DNA of 64,000 bases, taken from the NCBI RefSeq assembly GCF_000181795.1, contig NW_003526945.1:4564247-4628246 (forward strand), given 5' to 3'. The stretch is from Trichinella spiralis (taxonomy: Eukaryota). Both the position numbers and the translations under genes were made by a program. Under the pieces are notes generated by a model. The model did not search any database, had not been told where the DNA came from, and was given only the letters and a program-made list of their open reading frames with translations. Shown piece by piece: positions 62,277 through 64,000 of the stretch. Position 1 is the first letter of the stretch, and each line of letters opens with the position of its first letter.

Positions 62277-64000
62277 AAATACAACAAAGAGTTGACGTTT
62301 CACGTTGTCAGGGAAAAAAGACATTATCAGACAAAAGTGTACGCGTATGTGCGCTTGCTTGCCTTGGAACTTTATTGTATTCAACGGCATACAGTATAAA
62401 ACTTGAACAAAAGCAACAACAAAATAGGCAAACGATAAAAACATGACGAATCGATGCAATTGATGACAATCGAGTGTAAAATATTAAAAAAACACATTTT
62501 CATTGTTTTTGTTTTGTTCAAACAGCAGCTCCGTGCAACAAACGCAGTCGCTGATTCTTATGCAAATTTTCACACAGCTGCGTTTCCAAAGGCACGTAAA
62601 TCCTTCTGTAATTTTTGATGACGTTCAAGAATTAAACAAAATTAAAAGAACAATCGCGCCGGTTGGACAAACAGTCTTGCACACTAGAAAGTTTAAACAT
62701 ATAATAAAATAGAATAACAATAATAATAAAACCTATTTCATCTAAAAGCCTAGAAATAAAAAAGAACAACGCTTACCACTCACCTGCATCGATGACGCGA
62801 TCAAGTTGAAGTGAAATTCAAATTAAAAAAAACATAAAGAAAAAATTAAAATTTGAAAATAAACAAACAACGAGCAACAATAAAAAATGAAGAAACACGT
62901 GAACTTGACAAACAGTGGAGACAGACAATACGTAGGAAAATAAAAGAAAAACCAATTTGCATAACAGGAGAAAGGAAAAAAAGCTGCAAGTGAATTAACT
63001 TCTTCAAAGCTGACAACAATGCATCGAGCAGCAACGTAACGCAACAGAACATAAAGTAATAGAATGAAAATGAATATGAAATAAAATGATGCGGCTTTTT
63101 GTAAAATTCTCAAAGTGAACAACAGAGAGCATAAGCAATTGAAACTGCATCAGCGTTTTCATTACCGTCTCTTTCAACCGTTCATTGGTCGTTGATCATC
63201 ATGTTCGGCCAATCCGACCAGCCAGCCATCCAGCCAATCATCTGCTAACGTGCCGACCACCATCATTTCGCCAACCGTCTTCCCACTTTTCTCTCCGTGC
63301 GTGCTCCAAAGACACGGTCCAAAGACTTCTCTCTTCTCGAACACAGTGACGACGATGTGCCGTGCCTTCAAAGTAACTCCATCAAATAACCGCAGTTAGA
63401 GGACCCACGCATAAATATCATAACCATTATCATTAACTTCTTTAAAAGCCGCAGCCGAGCGTCATGACATTATACATTTTAGTTTATCCATCGTCCAATG
63501 GTATACATATTTTCTCTGTTCCATTCACAATTAATCGATTAATTTTTTTTCATTTTAAAAATATTAACCTTCTGTAATAGACGACCATGATTATTAAAGA
63601 AAATATTTAAATTTAAAAATTGCACGTCTCAATGTTACACTCCTGTTAATGAAGATCTTTATCAACTTCCACATAATGCCACCATTTATAATGATAATAA
63701 TTATACAATTTGACTGCGCCACTGCATAATTTCATTGTTACACATCTTATCAAGTTAACAAAATCCTTGTTGGTTATTATATTATGATCAATTAATTGCT
63801 TTGAAAAAAATATTTTCCAATTTTCTTTTCATCATAGAAACACAACGCCCACACGCACACAACAAACACACACATACACAACACACAGAGAAATAGAATG
63901 TAAAAAACACAGAAAACATACACGAGCAGACAAACATAGTCTGCATTCAAAATGATAATTAATACAACACAATTTGCATTATTTTTTTAATTCTTTCTTT

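Noticed and set aside
62780..63400. ORFs and donor-like sites upstream of the thiolase as extra coding exons
   Set aside because: A complete mitochondrial presequence exon already exists at 62182-62116, so these are at most UTR or regulatory.

Overview
AT-rich, intron-containing eukaryotic DNA. The short GT-AG introns with TTTCAG/TTTTAG acceptors and the gene content suggest a nematode, possibly Trichinella-like; this is inference only. I assembled 12 spliced genes by hand: a histone-fold protein (+), RIOK2, QRSL1/GatA and TTC33 (three tandem minus-strand genes), a serpentine-type GPCR (+), a Ly6/three-finger GPI-anchored protein (-), a full-length ABCC/MRP1 transporter (+), two tandem KCTD8/12/16-like BTB genes (+), an ERG/FLI/FEV (ast-1-like) ETS factor (+), a catalytically degenerate histidine-phosphatase-fold gene (-) and a mitochondrial thiolase HADHB (-). 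There is also a doubtful membrane-protein exon at the left edge. The most interesting observations are a candidate trans-spliced operon (TTC33>QRSL1>RIOK2), a probable pseudo-phosphatase, a histone-fold protein that has lost basic residues, a GC-AG intron in QRSL1, and a KCTD duplication with discordant intron positions. I could not support any tRNA, rRNA, CRISPR array or intact mobile element. Exon boundaries were read manually and may be off by a few bases.
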